A stretch of 64,000 bases of DNA from Octopus bimaculoides (GCF_001194135.2 NC_068993.1:3996315-4060314); one strand, 5' to 3'. Positions 36,896 to 49,812 are shown, numbered from the stretch's first letter. A program made the numbers and translations. Notes: generated by a model from the sequence alone, not told the origin.

Positions 36896-36960
36896 TGTCA
36901 TCATCTTGATCATCATTGTCATTTCCATCGTCATCATCATCATCATCATTATTATTAGTA
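36746..36960. repeat. Ordered compound microsatellite (TAT)n(TAG)n(CAT)n
   Basis: Direct reading. Confidence 0.95.
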
Positions 36961-37515
36961 CTATTATTGTTTTCAAAATCTTTTATATTGTAACATAGTC
37001 TTTCTATAATTGTAATTTTTTTCACTTCATTTTTCATGTAGTTGTAGATTTGTTTTTGCTTTTTTTTACTTTTATTATTCTTCATAAATTTCACTGCTTT
37101 CACGTAGACCTCCATCATTATTTTCCAAAATTCTACTATTGCTTTCTCTGTAAATATATAAAATTTAGTCACCAAATCTCTTCTTTTTCCATTAGCTACC
37201 AACATCTCTCACAAATTTCTTTCACTCTGCATACTTCTCTTTCTATATCTTTACACTTATTTGTGTCTATCGATCTCTTCATTTATCTGTGCACTTCACA
37301 AACATACCAAACAGACCCGTAAACACAAAGACACATATATGTTGAATTGACGTGATCTGTATACAGTTCATATGATTCTTGATGACATTATTGCAGTACT
37401 CCAGTTGTTCGAAAGAATTAGTCATAAATTTCCTTGAACATTTTACTAATGGAACCAATATATTATGTAAATATGCAATGTATGTCTATTATATATACAT
37501 GTAAGTAAATATTTG

Positions 37516-37579
<64 letters not shown>

Positions 37580-38574
37580 GGTTCGTATATATTTGTGTGT
37601 GTCCGTTTCTGTGTGTGTACATGCGTGTGCAACCGAGTCTGTGTGTGAGAGTGTGCGCGCGCATGTGTGCATACACGCGCAGACACTCACAAAGATATAT
37701 ATATAGTACATGGTTGATATATTTTATTAAAGCTTACATCCGTTTGTAATCGAGGATTATATTTTCTTTGTGATTCCATTTGAACTTACATTTGTTTTCT
37801 CGTGTGTATAACAACAATAGCATTTAAATTTGTTACTTTATGTTGTGTTTGAATTTCTCTTTGGTGTTAATGAAAGGTGACGTATTAATTTACTCTGAAA
37901 ACAGCTTAATTATTTCTTCATTAGATTGAATTAGAATATAATGAATTAAGGTTACATTGTTGTATTTCCTTAGTAATCAGTGTTAATAATATAATTTATT
38001 AGTTTATCGTCAGTCGCATAAAACGTGAAGGCTTTTGTTGCGATTATTTAGAAATGAAAAAGGCACGTTATATATATTTTTTCCTTTTTAATGTTTAACA
38101 TACAATTGTCCTAGTGTTACAATAGAAAATCAAAATGTACAATACTTCAACTTATGGTTGAAAATTCAAAACAAATTTAACTCATCAAAATGGCTCTCCA
38201 GTGTGCTATAAGTGAACGACGTAAGAGCAAATGTTTTGTTCCTCGCTATTGGAAGGTAATGAGTTTATTTACTCTGCGTATACAGGAAAAAAATTAATGT
38301 CTGAAGATAATTTTACACCGTGGATAGAAGAAAAATGGCGATTAATTTAGAAAGGATATTTGAATTCTCATGCTATTCGATCGACATTAAAAATATCAGT
38401 CTATAACATTATACTTGATCGATTTACTGCAATATTACAAACAACACAAGTTCGATTTAGAATGGTAAATCTAAGCATCTTTTTCGTTCTTGGAATGCTC
38501 ATTGCGCAAACAATACAAAAACGAAGTAAAGCTAAGCGTGTTTCTGTGTAAAATCGGAAATACGTTTGTACGTA

Positions 38575-38707
38575 GGATCACTAAGGCATTCTACTATGAG
38601 ACTACCTATACGAAACAACATTGCCTGGACTTGTGCCACGGCGGGTAACTCACTAGGTGCAATTCCATGGTCATTTGAGACCGAAGGGAGTCTTTACCCT
38701 TTACCTT
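38575..38707 (+). mobile_element. Unclassified retroposon 3'-end fragment
   Basis: CGAAACAACATTGCCTGGACTTGTGCCACGGCGGGTAACTCACTAGGTGCAATTCCATGGTCATTTGAGACCGAAGGGAGTCTTTACCCTTTACC resembles a recurrent octopus repeat tail (recalled). Confidence 0.4.
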
Positions 38708-38760
38708 TCTTTATATTGTGCGCGCGTGTTTATTCATATGTGTGTCTGTTCATATATATA

Positions 38761-38850
38761 NNNNNNNNNNNNNNNNNNNNNNNNNNNNNNNNNNNNNNNN
38801 NNNNNNNNNNNNNNNNNNNNNNNNNNNNNNNNNNNNNNNNNNNNNNNNNN
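38761..38850. other. Assembly gap inside (TA)n
   Basis: N-run. Confidence 1.
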
Positions 38851-38882
<32 letters not shown>

Positions 38883-39883
38883 AGGAGGTTTGCATTGAAA
38901 AACCTCGGATATAAATACACTGTGCATCTTTCAAGAACGATTTCCCCATTTAAATTCTTCTAACTTCCTTAACATTTTTCACATTATCCATCTTTCTGTC
39001 TGTCAATAATTCTTTTTAGAACCATTCTTGTAAATTACATTCTATTACTACCATTCAGTCATTAACCAATATCTACAGATTAGCTCATTTAATTTCGAAC
39101 AGAAAATTACATTGCTTTAATTTCAACAGGAGCATAAACTCGTCACGTCATTGCACTCCGATATTTTTAAATATATTTTTATCTCTCTTATTTCCTGTTA
39201 GTTAATATGATTTCGGTGGCTCTGGTGTATATTATCTGGTTATGTTTTCTATGACCCGACAATTAGTTGGTATTATAAACATACAATATGGTCAAACTGC
39301 CAAAAAAAGATAACTAATGTTCTTTCGTATTGAAATGAAATAATTTCTACAGGGTTAGGTTGCCAAAAAGTCAAATCATTTTAGTTTGCTGTTGAACATC
39401 AACATTGATCTTTAAACATATTAGAAATCTTGCTAACTACAAGAGCAGAGAACAAGATTGTGAGACGGCGAGAGAATAATTACTTTGAGGGCAAAGTTAA
39501 CACATCGTAATTAGGAATGTGATGATGATTAGACAGATAATAGATCAACATAATTAACCTGATGAGGAACCCGATATTAGGAAACGGATGTCTGCTTTGT
39601 CTAATAATATATCTTACATCATAATTAACTAAGATCGAATCCTCTAATATTATTATATTGCATTTGTTGAAGGACAACGGATATGAGGATCATTACTATA
39701 CCGGAAGAAAAATCTTTACGGTATATTTTTTCGTGGTGTGCTTTTCACGATTTGAGTTCAAATCCAGGCATGTTAAACTTTGATCCCATTGGGGTCGACA
39801 ACATTGATACGCATCAAGTACTTAGGTTGACGTAATCATCTAGCACTTAACGCTCAAACGAACGGAGTTCGTGCCTAAGTTAG

Positions 39884-39995
39884 CTTCTTCTTCTTCTTCT
39901 TCTTCTTCTTCTTCTTCTTCTTCTTCTTCTTCTTCTTCTTCTTCTTCTTCTTCTTCTTCTTCTTCTTCTTCTTCTTCTTCTTCTTCTTCTTCTTC
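39884..39995. repeat. Pure (CTT)n/(GAA)n microsatellite, about 37 units
   Basis: Direct reading. Confidence 0.98.
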
Positions 39996-40432
39996 AACTT
40001 TCTTCCTTCCTCTTCTTCTCTTTCTTCCCCTACTAAATTTTCTTTACTTGCCCAAGTAAAGGTTAAGAAATGCAGCAATATAACGGATAGCCTGGGTGGT
40101 GTGGCAGTACATTTATATGTCTGCTTTAGCATTTGCTTTAACATCCCTTTCGGAATCGGTAGCATAAGCTCCAGTCGAGTACTTGCATTTCATGTGTAAA
40201 TGTGTATATCAAAAGGATGTGTTATAACACTATTCCACATATTAAAAAAAACAGCCATACCAAAAATCCAACATACCTCCATCATCAGCTCCCCCACGGA
40301 TATCATTGTGGTTTCGACACGTGGACAGTACCATTCAATCGGGTGGTGTCAACAGCACTAAAATAAGTGTTGTTTGGGAACAAACATACCAAAGAAGCAG
40401 CCACAACTTTCAAAAACATTTACCCAATGAGC

Positions 40433-40505
<73 letters not shown>

Positions 40506-40584
40506 TAGGAATGCGTGAGTGTGATCGTTTATATAAACGCACACATGCACCACAAACGCATACATAATACACATATGCATATAT

Positions 40585-40720
40585 CGGGACCAACTTCGTG
40601 CAAGTGTGAAGGCACGCTGGCAAAACATTGCTCCTCTAAATGAAGGCTTTACATCATGCCATTGTAGTTTTGTGGCATGGAGCAAAGCAGGCCTTAGCAT
40701 CCACTCAAGAAAACACATGG
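40585..40720 (+). mobile_element. Possible RTE-clade LINE C-terminal fragment (degenerate C2H2-like end)
   Basis: RDQLRASVKARWQNIAPLNEGFTSCHCSFVAWSKAGLSIHSRKH resembles RTE termini (R..RKAR....F.C..C.R...SK.GL..H.R.H). Confidence 0.4.
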
Positions 40721-41174
40721 TAAATGTTCCACAAGCACTCGAACAAAATTAGTCCTCAATTCGTTCCATTTGACAAAAGTTTTGCGAGGCACTAGCAGGG
40801 CCACACAAGACACATGCTTGTTCATAAACAGGACTACCGCTTTATTCTACTGAAACGTCATTTGTCGTCCACAACGAGAGAAACTATGATATATATATAT
40901 TCACACACGCATACATACATACATACATACATGAACATGAGTTCGAACTATGTGAAATAAGCGATAAGTATTCAAAAAGAAAAACGGCAGTTTAAACGAA
41001 TGAGTTGGACGTACGCTTCGACTTGTTGGAAAGCCTTGCAACAGAACGTCTTGGTAGGCGAGAGCGAAGACTGAAATCGATATAGTGTGTTGTCGACCGA
41101 CTAAATGAAACATCAGTCCGGTTGTGTATTACTTATCTAACGTAATTATAACAAATACATATGTATTTGTAACT

Positions 41175-41218
<44 letters not shown>

Positions 41219-41994
41219 CATGCGCGCGCACATGTGACGCTAGTATGTGGATAGATAATTAGCTAAAGATCGAGCGGTTGCCATATAAGTTAGGCGCCAT
41301 TTAAACTTATTTTTGAATGCTACAATAGAATGTTTTACATATGTGCGTGTGCATGTGTGTGTGTGTGCATGCGTGTGTGTATGTGTATGTATTCTTGCGG
41401 TATCTGTATGTATGTGTGTGTGTACGTGTGTGTGTATATATATATGCTAATATAGTTTCGTCTGGATTCTCTAATGTGGCAAACACAGGCAATTAGTATA
41501 AAATGCATGTTCCTATGTTAAAACATTTCCCATGAGATGAATTGAACCACTGACCTGGAGATAATGACTGGTGAATATTGATGAAGATTAAAATACGATG
41601 TTTTATTTAATAGTCCTGCAAAGCCTTTTAAAACAAAGTTTTGTTTTTTTTTTTCGTTATTTATAAAACTGCATTCCAAAGATGAATGTGAATAGTATTG
41701 CTCACATAATATTCATCAGGGAATTTCTGGCATAAATATCAAAGAGTTAAACACCAATTCCATAGAATTCAGCTTGATGGTGCTCTAAATAACAAACCTT
41801 TTGTTAAATGATGGTTATTACTACATGTTGGATGGACTCTAGGGAAAACATTGAAATGGAGCGAATGGGTGTGAAGCTATAAAACGATAGTTTATTATGA
41901 ATTTACAGTGACTTACATATGTAGTATGTAACAGAGGAAAGGAATTACGACACGTTTGTACATCCATACTTTTATTTACACACCCATTTATACG

Positions 41995-42160
41995 TATATT
42001 TTATATGAATATATATCTATTTATCTATGAATATATATATAATATATGAATATATATATAATATATGACTATATATATAATATATGAATATATATATAAT
42101 ATATGAATATATATATATATATATATTTATCTATCAATCTATTTATGCATATATTTGGAG
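41995..42160. repeat. AT-only minisatellite-like tract with recurring ATATATGAATATATATATA units
   Basis: Direct reading. Confidence 0.8.
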
Positions 42161-42191
42161 AGAAATAGATACATAGCAATATATATTCTTT

Positions 42192-42490
42192 TATTTGTTT
42201 CAGTCATTTGACCACGGCCATGCTGGAGCACCGCCCTTAGTCGAACAAATCGAACTCAGGACTTAATTGGGTAAGCCTAGTACTTGTTCTATATGTCAGT
42301 TTTGCCGAACCGCTAAATTACGGGGACGTAAACACACCAACATCGGTTATCAGACAATGGTGGGGGGACAAACACATACACACAAACATATACATCCATA
42401 TATATATATATATATATATAGAACAGCCTTCTTTCAGCTTCCGTCTACCAAATCCATTCAGGAGACTTAGGCCGGCCCGTGGCTACATAG
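42192..42490 (-). mobile_element. SINE family A copy (tail - internal CA/TA microsatellite - truncated head)
   Basis: TCAGTCATTTGACCACGGCCATGCTGGAGCACCGCC...GGGGGACAAACAC, then (TA)n, then CTTCTTTCAGCTTCCGTCTACCAAATCCA. Confidence 0.85.
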
Positions 42491-42555
42491 TAATTTACAC
42501 CTATATTCTCCTCTTCAGCTCCCGACAGAAGGTCGTAAGTATTATCATATTAAAT

Positions 42556-42780
42556 AAAGGTAGCAAGGTGGCCGAATCGCTAGCACGCCTTGAAAAAAAA
42601 TGTTAGCGTCATTTCCTCCGTCTTTACGTCCTGTGTTCACATTCCGCTGAGGTCAATTTTGCCTTTCATTTTTCAGGGTCGATAAAATAAATAGCAGTTG
42701 AGTACTGGAGTCGATATAATCGATTTACCCTCCTCGCCGAACTTGCTGGCTGTTATGCCAAAACTTTAAACCAATATTAT
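42556..42780 (+). mobile_element. SINE family B, near full length
   Basis: Head GGCCGAATCGCTAGCACGCC followed by the Meta-like GCCTTTCATTTTCAGGGTCGATAAAATAAAT. Confidence 0.8.
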
Positions 42781-43050
42781 CTGAAGTAAGCTATACTCTC
42801 TCTGCATTCCTCTCAAAGCGGATAAGACAGTTTGTTAGTTCGCCAGTCGAATTTTCTCCGTTTATTAGAGTCTGTAGTCACATAATTTGAATGCCCACGA
42901 CCCTCTCACACAGCTGTATAATATATATATATATATAATTATATTTATATTCATACAAGGTGTATATGCATACTTATGTGTGTATAAACATATATGTATA
43001 TAATTAAGGGATAACGTACAGTATATATACAGATACACACGCGCACGCAT

Positions 43051-43109
<59 letters not shown>
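43051..43109. repeat. (AGAT)n tetranucleotide microsatellite
   Basis: Direct reading. Confidence 0.97.
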
Positions 43110-43110
<1 letters not shown>

Positions 43111-43439
43111 CAAGGTACATAGATACATAGATATGAAGATGATAGAATGAAGTATAATATGTGCGTACGCTTATACATGGCAAAAGTAGACACTTTCACT
43201 TTACTAATGAAAAAATCTACATTTACATTTTTAAGCTCAGACAGAAAAATAAGGAAATATGTTTATTTTTTACATTGTTTTGTATCTTTTTGATTGCTTT
43301 AGTTTATTTTTATATGTATCTTGAGACTTTGCAATTTTAAAACCTGGCACTGCTTTTTCAATATAAATATACCCCAGAATTCTTTATGGTATTTCAATAT
43401 TGTTTATTACATTTGCAAAACTATAAACGAAGATATGCA

Positions 43440-43574
43440 CATATGTATATATACAATATATCTATATGTTGTTACGTATTCAGATGCATATATATATATT
43501 GCATGTATGTGCATATAAATATATATGTATATATATCTATATATATGTGTGTGTGTGTGTGTGTGTGCGTACAA

Positions 43575-43622
<48 letters not shown>

Positions 43623-43660
43623 GTATCTATATCTATATACATACACACACATGTATATAA
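43440..43660. repeat. Compound TA/TG/TATG microsatellite
   Basis: Direct reading. Confidence 0.9.
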
Positions 43661-44020
43661 CGTGTCGCCGTGGGTTTCGTCGACGAGTAATGGAGCTGCT
43701 TGTTCAAGCGAATTACCAAATGATTAAATTAATGTTAAAAAGGATTTCTACAAAATTAGTGTCACAATGTACTACTTGAGTCAGCATTTAAGTCCACACA
43801 TTTGGTATTAATTCATTTTCAATCTAAAGAACTTCACTCAGGTAGCATGAAATACGTTGACCTCCGGAAAATTACACTTGCCTAAGACGCTGTTCGACTG
43901 ACTCGGATAGATGGTGCCATAACTTTTATCCGGGTGCATAAGTATGCTTCTGTATGTCGGTTTATGTACGTTCGTTTACTCTTTCAGCTACATTTTTCTT
44001 ATTCATTCCTTTTATATATT

Positions 44021-44059
44021 GTTGTTCTGATGATGGACTGACGTCCAAAACGTGATGAC
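44021..44059 (+). ncRNA. Degenerate minimal hammerhead ribozyme motif (probably inactive)
   Basis: GTTGTT-CTGATGA-T-GGAC(TGAC)GTCC-AAAAC-GT-GATGAC. Stems I and II can pair, but G12 reads A and the cleavage-site nucleotide appears deleted. Confidence 0.45.
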
Positions 44060-44814
44060 GCTTTCCTTTCTTTTGAGGTGTTATACTAATACGTTTTGCT
44101 AAAACTTCCCCCTACTCTGTTGTTTATTTTCAGTCAACTGTTTTCATAATATCTATGTATGCTATACATACACACATTTACATATACGTATATATGTATG
44201 TATACATCTACATAAAAGCGTGTGTGAGTATAATAAAACTCGTTTATCACTGGAACTCTATATTTTGTCATGTTAAATAAGACGTCACACGAATCTTAAG
44301 TTCCAGTCAATACGAATTTAAATAAATTTGAATTTACCGTTAGTACTCAGTCTCCTCTCCAGTAAATGTCCTGTTTTTATACTTCACATTACTCTAAAAT
44401 AACATTCGATCGGAGTTTACGTTTGTATATACATATTCTTATATATATATGTATATATGTATTTATGTGCTTATATACACGCAAGTAGCATTTTTAATAT
44501 TGAAAATGTCATACTTATTGACATATTCTTTTGTTTTCAATAATATATAACAAAATATATATTATTACTTTTGTAATATAAATATAAATGTATTGTTACT
44601 AACGTTAGTTTTAACACATTCTTTTATTAGTATTGTTTTCTATCTTTATGTCTATTCTTTATCAATGTCACCAGCAGACACAGACACTGAACAATGACTT
44701 GTTGAGCCTCTCTGTTTGTTTGCCTCTTGGTAGTTTACATATCGTGTTATAGAAATATATTAAAAACGTAACTATTACGCCTAGGAAAATTGTTGTACAC
44801 ATACATGCGTATCT

Positions 44815-44836
44815 ACGTATACATACGCATACACAC

Positions 44837-44879
<43 letters not shown>

Positions 44880-45065
44880 CACACACATATATAAATATAT
44901 ATATATACATATATACATATACATATATATATGTCTGTATATATGTATATATATTCATATATACAATTCTATATATATACACATACATATATCTATATAT
45001 ATATATGTATATATGCTTATATATATATATATATACATACATATATATAAATATATATATATTTT

Positions 45066-45143
<78 letters not shown>

Positions 45144-45200
45144 AATACATACACACACATACATATATATATATATTTCTATTTATACACACATAAGCCA
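44815..45200. repeat. Large compound TA/CA microsatellite
   Basis: Direct reading. Confidence 0.95.
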
Positions 45201-45284
45201 CTCATACAGACATAAATAAAGATATATGTGTATTCAGATAAGAATATGTGCGCCTGTATACATGCATATATTGGTGCTATAACT

Positions 45285-45602
45285 NNNNNNNNNNNNNNNN
45301 NNNNNNNNNNNNNNNNNNNNNNNNNNNNNNNNNNNNNNNNNNNNNNNNNNNNNNNNNNNNNNNNNNNNNNNNNNNNNNNNNNNNNNNNNNNNNNNNNNNN
45401 NNNNNNNNNNNNNNNNNNNNNNNNNNNNNNNNNNNNNNNNNNNNNNNNNNNNNNNNNNNNNNNNNNNNNNNNNNNNNNNNNNNNNNNNNNNNNNNNNNNN
45501 NNNNNNNNNNNNNNNNNNNNNNNNNNNNNNNNNNNNNNNNNNNNNNNNNNNNNNNNNNNNNNNNNNNNNNNNNNNNNNNNNNNNNNNNNNNNNNNNNNNN
45601 NN
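45285..45602. other. Assembly gap ending in (TA)n
   Basis: N-run. Confidence 1.
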
Positions 45603-45634
<32 letters not shown>

Positions 45635-45852
45635 GAAATGACTACACTGCAATGTGTATTTAAATCTATATGGTCTAATTAGAAAGATTTTATGATGAGA
45701 ATTCTGCTTTCTATTTATTGTACTTTGTCAAGTATAGAAGCAGAGCCGTGTCGGAAGAAATGGTTGATGGCATTTATTCCGGCCGTCTTTGTTCTGAGTT
45801 CAACTTCCATCGTCGTATGACAACGAAAATTGAAATATTCATTATCTTTCAG

Positions 45853-45995
45853 CCTACTGTATGTACAAGAAAAGATCATACAATGTAATGGTACTGAAAC
45901 CTTCAGCAATTTTCATAACATCTACATCGGATGCTGCTCGTCAGTGGCAAGTGATATTTATTCAACAGAAAAGAAATACAATGACATGTTTATAC
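45853..45995 (+). CDS. Candidate exon (143 nt)
   Basis: Acceptor attcattatctttcAG and donor TAC|GTATGT; open in two frames; phase-compatible with the 46056-46147 candidate. No homology recognised. Confidence 0.2.
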
Positions 45996-46055
45996 GTATG
46001 TGTGCGTGTGTGTTGATGTGTGTGCGTCAAAAGAGTAGAAATGATTGCTTCTTAG

Positions 46056-46147
46056 AAAGAGATTTTCGTTTTATTAAGAAGTGGAAAGGTGCAATAATTG
46101 CTTGTGTTCTGCTGATGGGAACTGTGCTGACAATATACGGACATTTG
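46056..46147 (+). CDS. Candidate exon (92 nt, or 69 nt from the alternative acceptor at 46079) encoding a basic stretch plus a hydrophobic helix
   Basis: Acceptors ttgcttcttAG (46055) or ttttcgttttattaAG (46078); donor TTG|GTAAGC. Frame RDFRFIKKWKGAIIACVLLMGTVLTIYGHL. Confidence 0.3.
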
Positions 46148-46926
46148 GTAAGCCATTACATCCTTTATGATTAAAAGGTGGTTTGACAAAAGCATAGGCA
46201 AAACATACAATGAAACAAATAAAGATTCCATGAAATTTCAGACTTCTCTCGTTGATGCAGTAAAATTTCAATGCCTCCGGTTTCATAGATAGATCAGCTT
46301 CAATTACACATGTTCAGTAATGTATCATGCTGCTGTATTAATGCAGAGCTCAATGGAACTGATTGGTTATTGATTTAAGCTTGAACACAATTGAGAAGAC
46401 GGTTCTTGAGATTAATCTCTAATCCAATGTTATTATGAACACCTTTTCGCAGATTAACTGGATTTCAAGCACAAATCATTGCAGAAACATGTCTCATATG
46501 CTGTAAGAGTTTGCCCAAATAAACACTTACATTCACACGAACGCACAGATACACACATACTCATACACACGCGCGCGCACACACAGACTCACACATATGC
46601 AGATGAAAACATACATTCATACATACATATATACATAAGTGCAGACGTAAACACAGACGTTCGTTAACAAATAAATACATAGACACAGATACAAACATAC
46701 AGGCATATAAATATGCGCACACGCATAAGCACACCGACAAACGCATACACGCATGCACAGACACTCACAACATATACATACAGACATATGCATACATGCT
46801 TACATACAGACTAGCAAACGTTATTTTTCAGTCAATTTCTACAAATATTCGATATTGTATGAGGGAAACTGAAATGCATGTCACTACGTGATTGCTTCAC
46901 CTTCTAGAAATATCAATCGTATTTAC

Positions 46927-46988
<62 letters not shown>

Positions 46989-47015
46989 GTCAGCCTGTCT
47001 GTCTCNNNNNNNNNN

Positions 47016-47060
<45 letters not shown>

Positions 47061-47090
47061 TATATATATATACACATATATATATACAAT
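46927..47090. repeat. (CTAT)n - gap (47006-47014) - (TA)n
   Basis: Direct reading. Confidence 0.95.
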
Positions 47091-47814
47091 GAATAAGGGC
47101 TGGTGAGTACTTTACTTATCGGTCACCGAGGTGATGAAACGCAAAGTTGACTTCGGTGCGATACTCTGAAAAAGGTAAATAGCCGGAGGAATTTTATTCT
47201 GGGCGTCCTTCTGCGAATTATTCACCATCTTACTGAAAGAATGATTGTATAGAATATGCAATTTATGAACATGTATTGTAGTTCCTTTTGTTGATCTTAA
47301 TGTTTAGCTCCGAATCATCCCTAAATGAGAAGAATTATGTTCAAACATTTCCCTCCCGTTACCGTTATGTCTTTTACTTTGAAATATCCATTACCTGGGA
47401 CTCTATTATTCACAATGCCTGTAGAGAGTTATTCAAAAGATCGGCTGAGCTGCCTAGAAAAGCAAACTATTGCATGTATGCTCCGATGTACGCTTGTTTT
47501 AACCTTCGAAGCTAATGTTGTATAATATGCTTGCTGCGTAAGTAGTGAGATGATGATAAGAGATGATTGTATATATCAAACCCTGTGACAGTTGACTCGA
47601 ATACCTCTTGTGTAATTTGTGTGATGCGACTCAGGGGTTTATTTTGTTGAATATGTGTTGATTTACAGTAATAATTCGTGATTACGTAAAATGTGTTCTG
47701 TAAGTTGTGATGAAGTGATAAGAGATGAGAGCATAGAATAGGCGAGTATATAAGTTGTGTTGAGTGAGATGCGATATATTAGTAGGTGTTGAGAGAGACT
47801 GAAAGACAGTCAGA

Positions 47815-47819
47815 CTGAT

Positions 47820-47850
<31 letters not shown>

Positions 47851-47915
47851 TAGATAGATGGATGGATAGATAAATGGATAGATAAATAGAAAGATAAATA
47901 GATAGATAGAGAGAT
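47815..47915. repeat. Imperfect (GATA)n
   Basis: Direct reading. Confidence 0.9.
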
Positions 47916-48684
47916 AAATCGATGTGTATATATATAAAGTATATTTTCTTATATGTTATGTCTAGCTTGTCTAATTGGTTTAATTCCTTTATATACCTAA
48001 TTAGTCTTTCTCTGCATTTGTAAGTATTTTCAAAAGAAATCTCCATATGTAATAACTACCTAACTATTGCAAAACTTTTCCTCCGTGTGAAAGTGTTAGG
48101 TTATACTTCATCTATATGAACTTCAGGAATGATTCATTTAAAAGACACGAGTAGTTTCCGCGTTTTTCCATCACTTTTCTTCACTTCATCTAACTTCCAA
48201 TTCAAAAATCTGGCTTATTATTAAGATGTTGTATTTATATGTATTCTCTTACTTCTGGTATTGAGTTCAGTTTCTATTACTCTACCTAATGCAATTCTCT
48301 TTTCTAATCTTCTCTTTCCTTTTAACATGTATCTTATCAGTTTCGTTTAATCCAAGTTACGTGTAAAGGTGATTCTCTTCTAACTCTTTGATTCAGTTAC
48401 TAAATCTAACTTAATATTTTGTGTTTAAATCATTTATTTCACAGAAGCTGATTAATTAAAACTCAAAATATACTTGGAACCAGTAACATAGCACCAGTAT
48501 TTATGGTGAAATATCTTAATATCATTATTTTTAGATGTCCCAAAATCTTAATTTAGTTAAATATTCCCGTTGTCCACATGAGCTCATTTCCGTTTGATTT
48601 GTATATTTGTAGTTTTGTCTTTCCTTAGTGATTTATTGTATAGTATTGCAAGTGTTTTATAGTTCCAGTTATTGGTTTCAATTT

Positions 48685-49180
48685 TTTTGGCACTAGACAA
48701 CAAGTTTCAGGGGAGGGGTTAAGTCGACTACATCGACCCCAGTGTTCACCTGGTACTTTATTTTGTCAACCTCGAAAGGTGGAAAGGCTAAGATGACCTC
48801 GATGAAATTTAAATACAGACGGACGAAATGCTGCTATGCATTTTGCGCAGTAGGCTAACTATTCTACCAGCTCGCTGCCCTATAAAATTTATTTCAAATT
48901 CTGGCACAAGGCCAGCAGTTTCGGGGCAAGAGATAAATCGCTTTCTTCGAATACAATGCTCAGCTAGTACTTATTTTATCGACCCCGAAAAGGTGAAAAG
49001 CAAAATTGATCGGCAAGGTAAAGACTAACGAAATGCCGTTTAGCATTTTTCCCAACATGTTAACGTATTCTGGTAGTTCAGCGCCGGTCAAAATTCTTAG
49101 CGGTATTTCGTCTGCCGTTGCGTTCTGAGTTCGAATTCCGCCGAGGGCGACTTTGCCTTTCATCATTTGGGGGTGGAAGA
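48685..49180. mobile_element. Cluster of three SINE family B copies: two tandem on minus (48685-48890, 48893-49075) and one on plus (49083-49180)
   Basis: The Meta-like core is seen as TCGACCCC/GAAAGG..GAAAGGC on the minus copies and GACTTTGCCTTTCATC on the plus copy. Confidence 0.8.
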
Positions 49181-49812
49181 ATTTGGTTGCCAATCTTCAG
49201 GTACATTTTTTACGCATGAGGATAAGGACAGTCGTATACAAGATATAAGAAGTGAGATCTACTCAAGATTCTGATTGCTTACAAAGCAGGTTATTCATCC
49301 TAATGAAGACAACCATGCAATAGTGGCAGTAGTAGTAGTAGTAGTAATAAAAGTGGTTGCTGTAGTAGTGACGGTTGTTAGGATATTAGTCGTTTTTGTA
49401 GTGAAGATACAAAAACGACTAATATCTTGTTATTTTTCTCCGTCATAAAGCCCGCCTTCTTGCACAAACGTTTAACATCTAACGATATTCCTATTTGAGA
49501 ACACAATGTTCTTGAAAGATATATTATTTTGGTCGTTCTAAATTTGTTCTGCATTAGTAAACCTCTAAACTGTTCCAAAACGGGTTGCAGAAATGTTTAT
49601 TTCTATGGAAAAATCGTCAGTGCCTTTTCTTTTACAACTTTGCTAATGCACATTGCAATATTCAATGGCAATTACACTAATTAAAACTTTGTAATAATGC
49701 AGAGCAAATGATAAAAATAGTGCATAATTTATACCTAGTTAAAAAAAATATTCTCCCAAAATTAATATATTCATGCGAAATTGTATAAATTGTATAAAAA
49801 TATTTCTAAAAT

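Noticed and set aside
39556-39600. CTGATGAG...GAAACGGATGTC hammerhead-like string
   Set aside because: Core words and a GUC triplet are present, but neither stem I nor stem II pairs.
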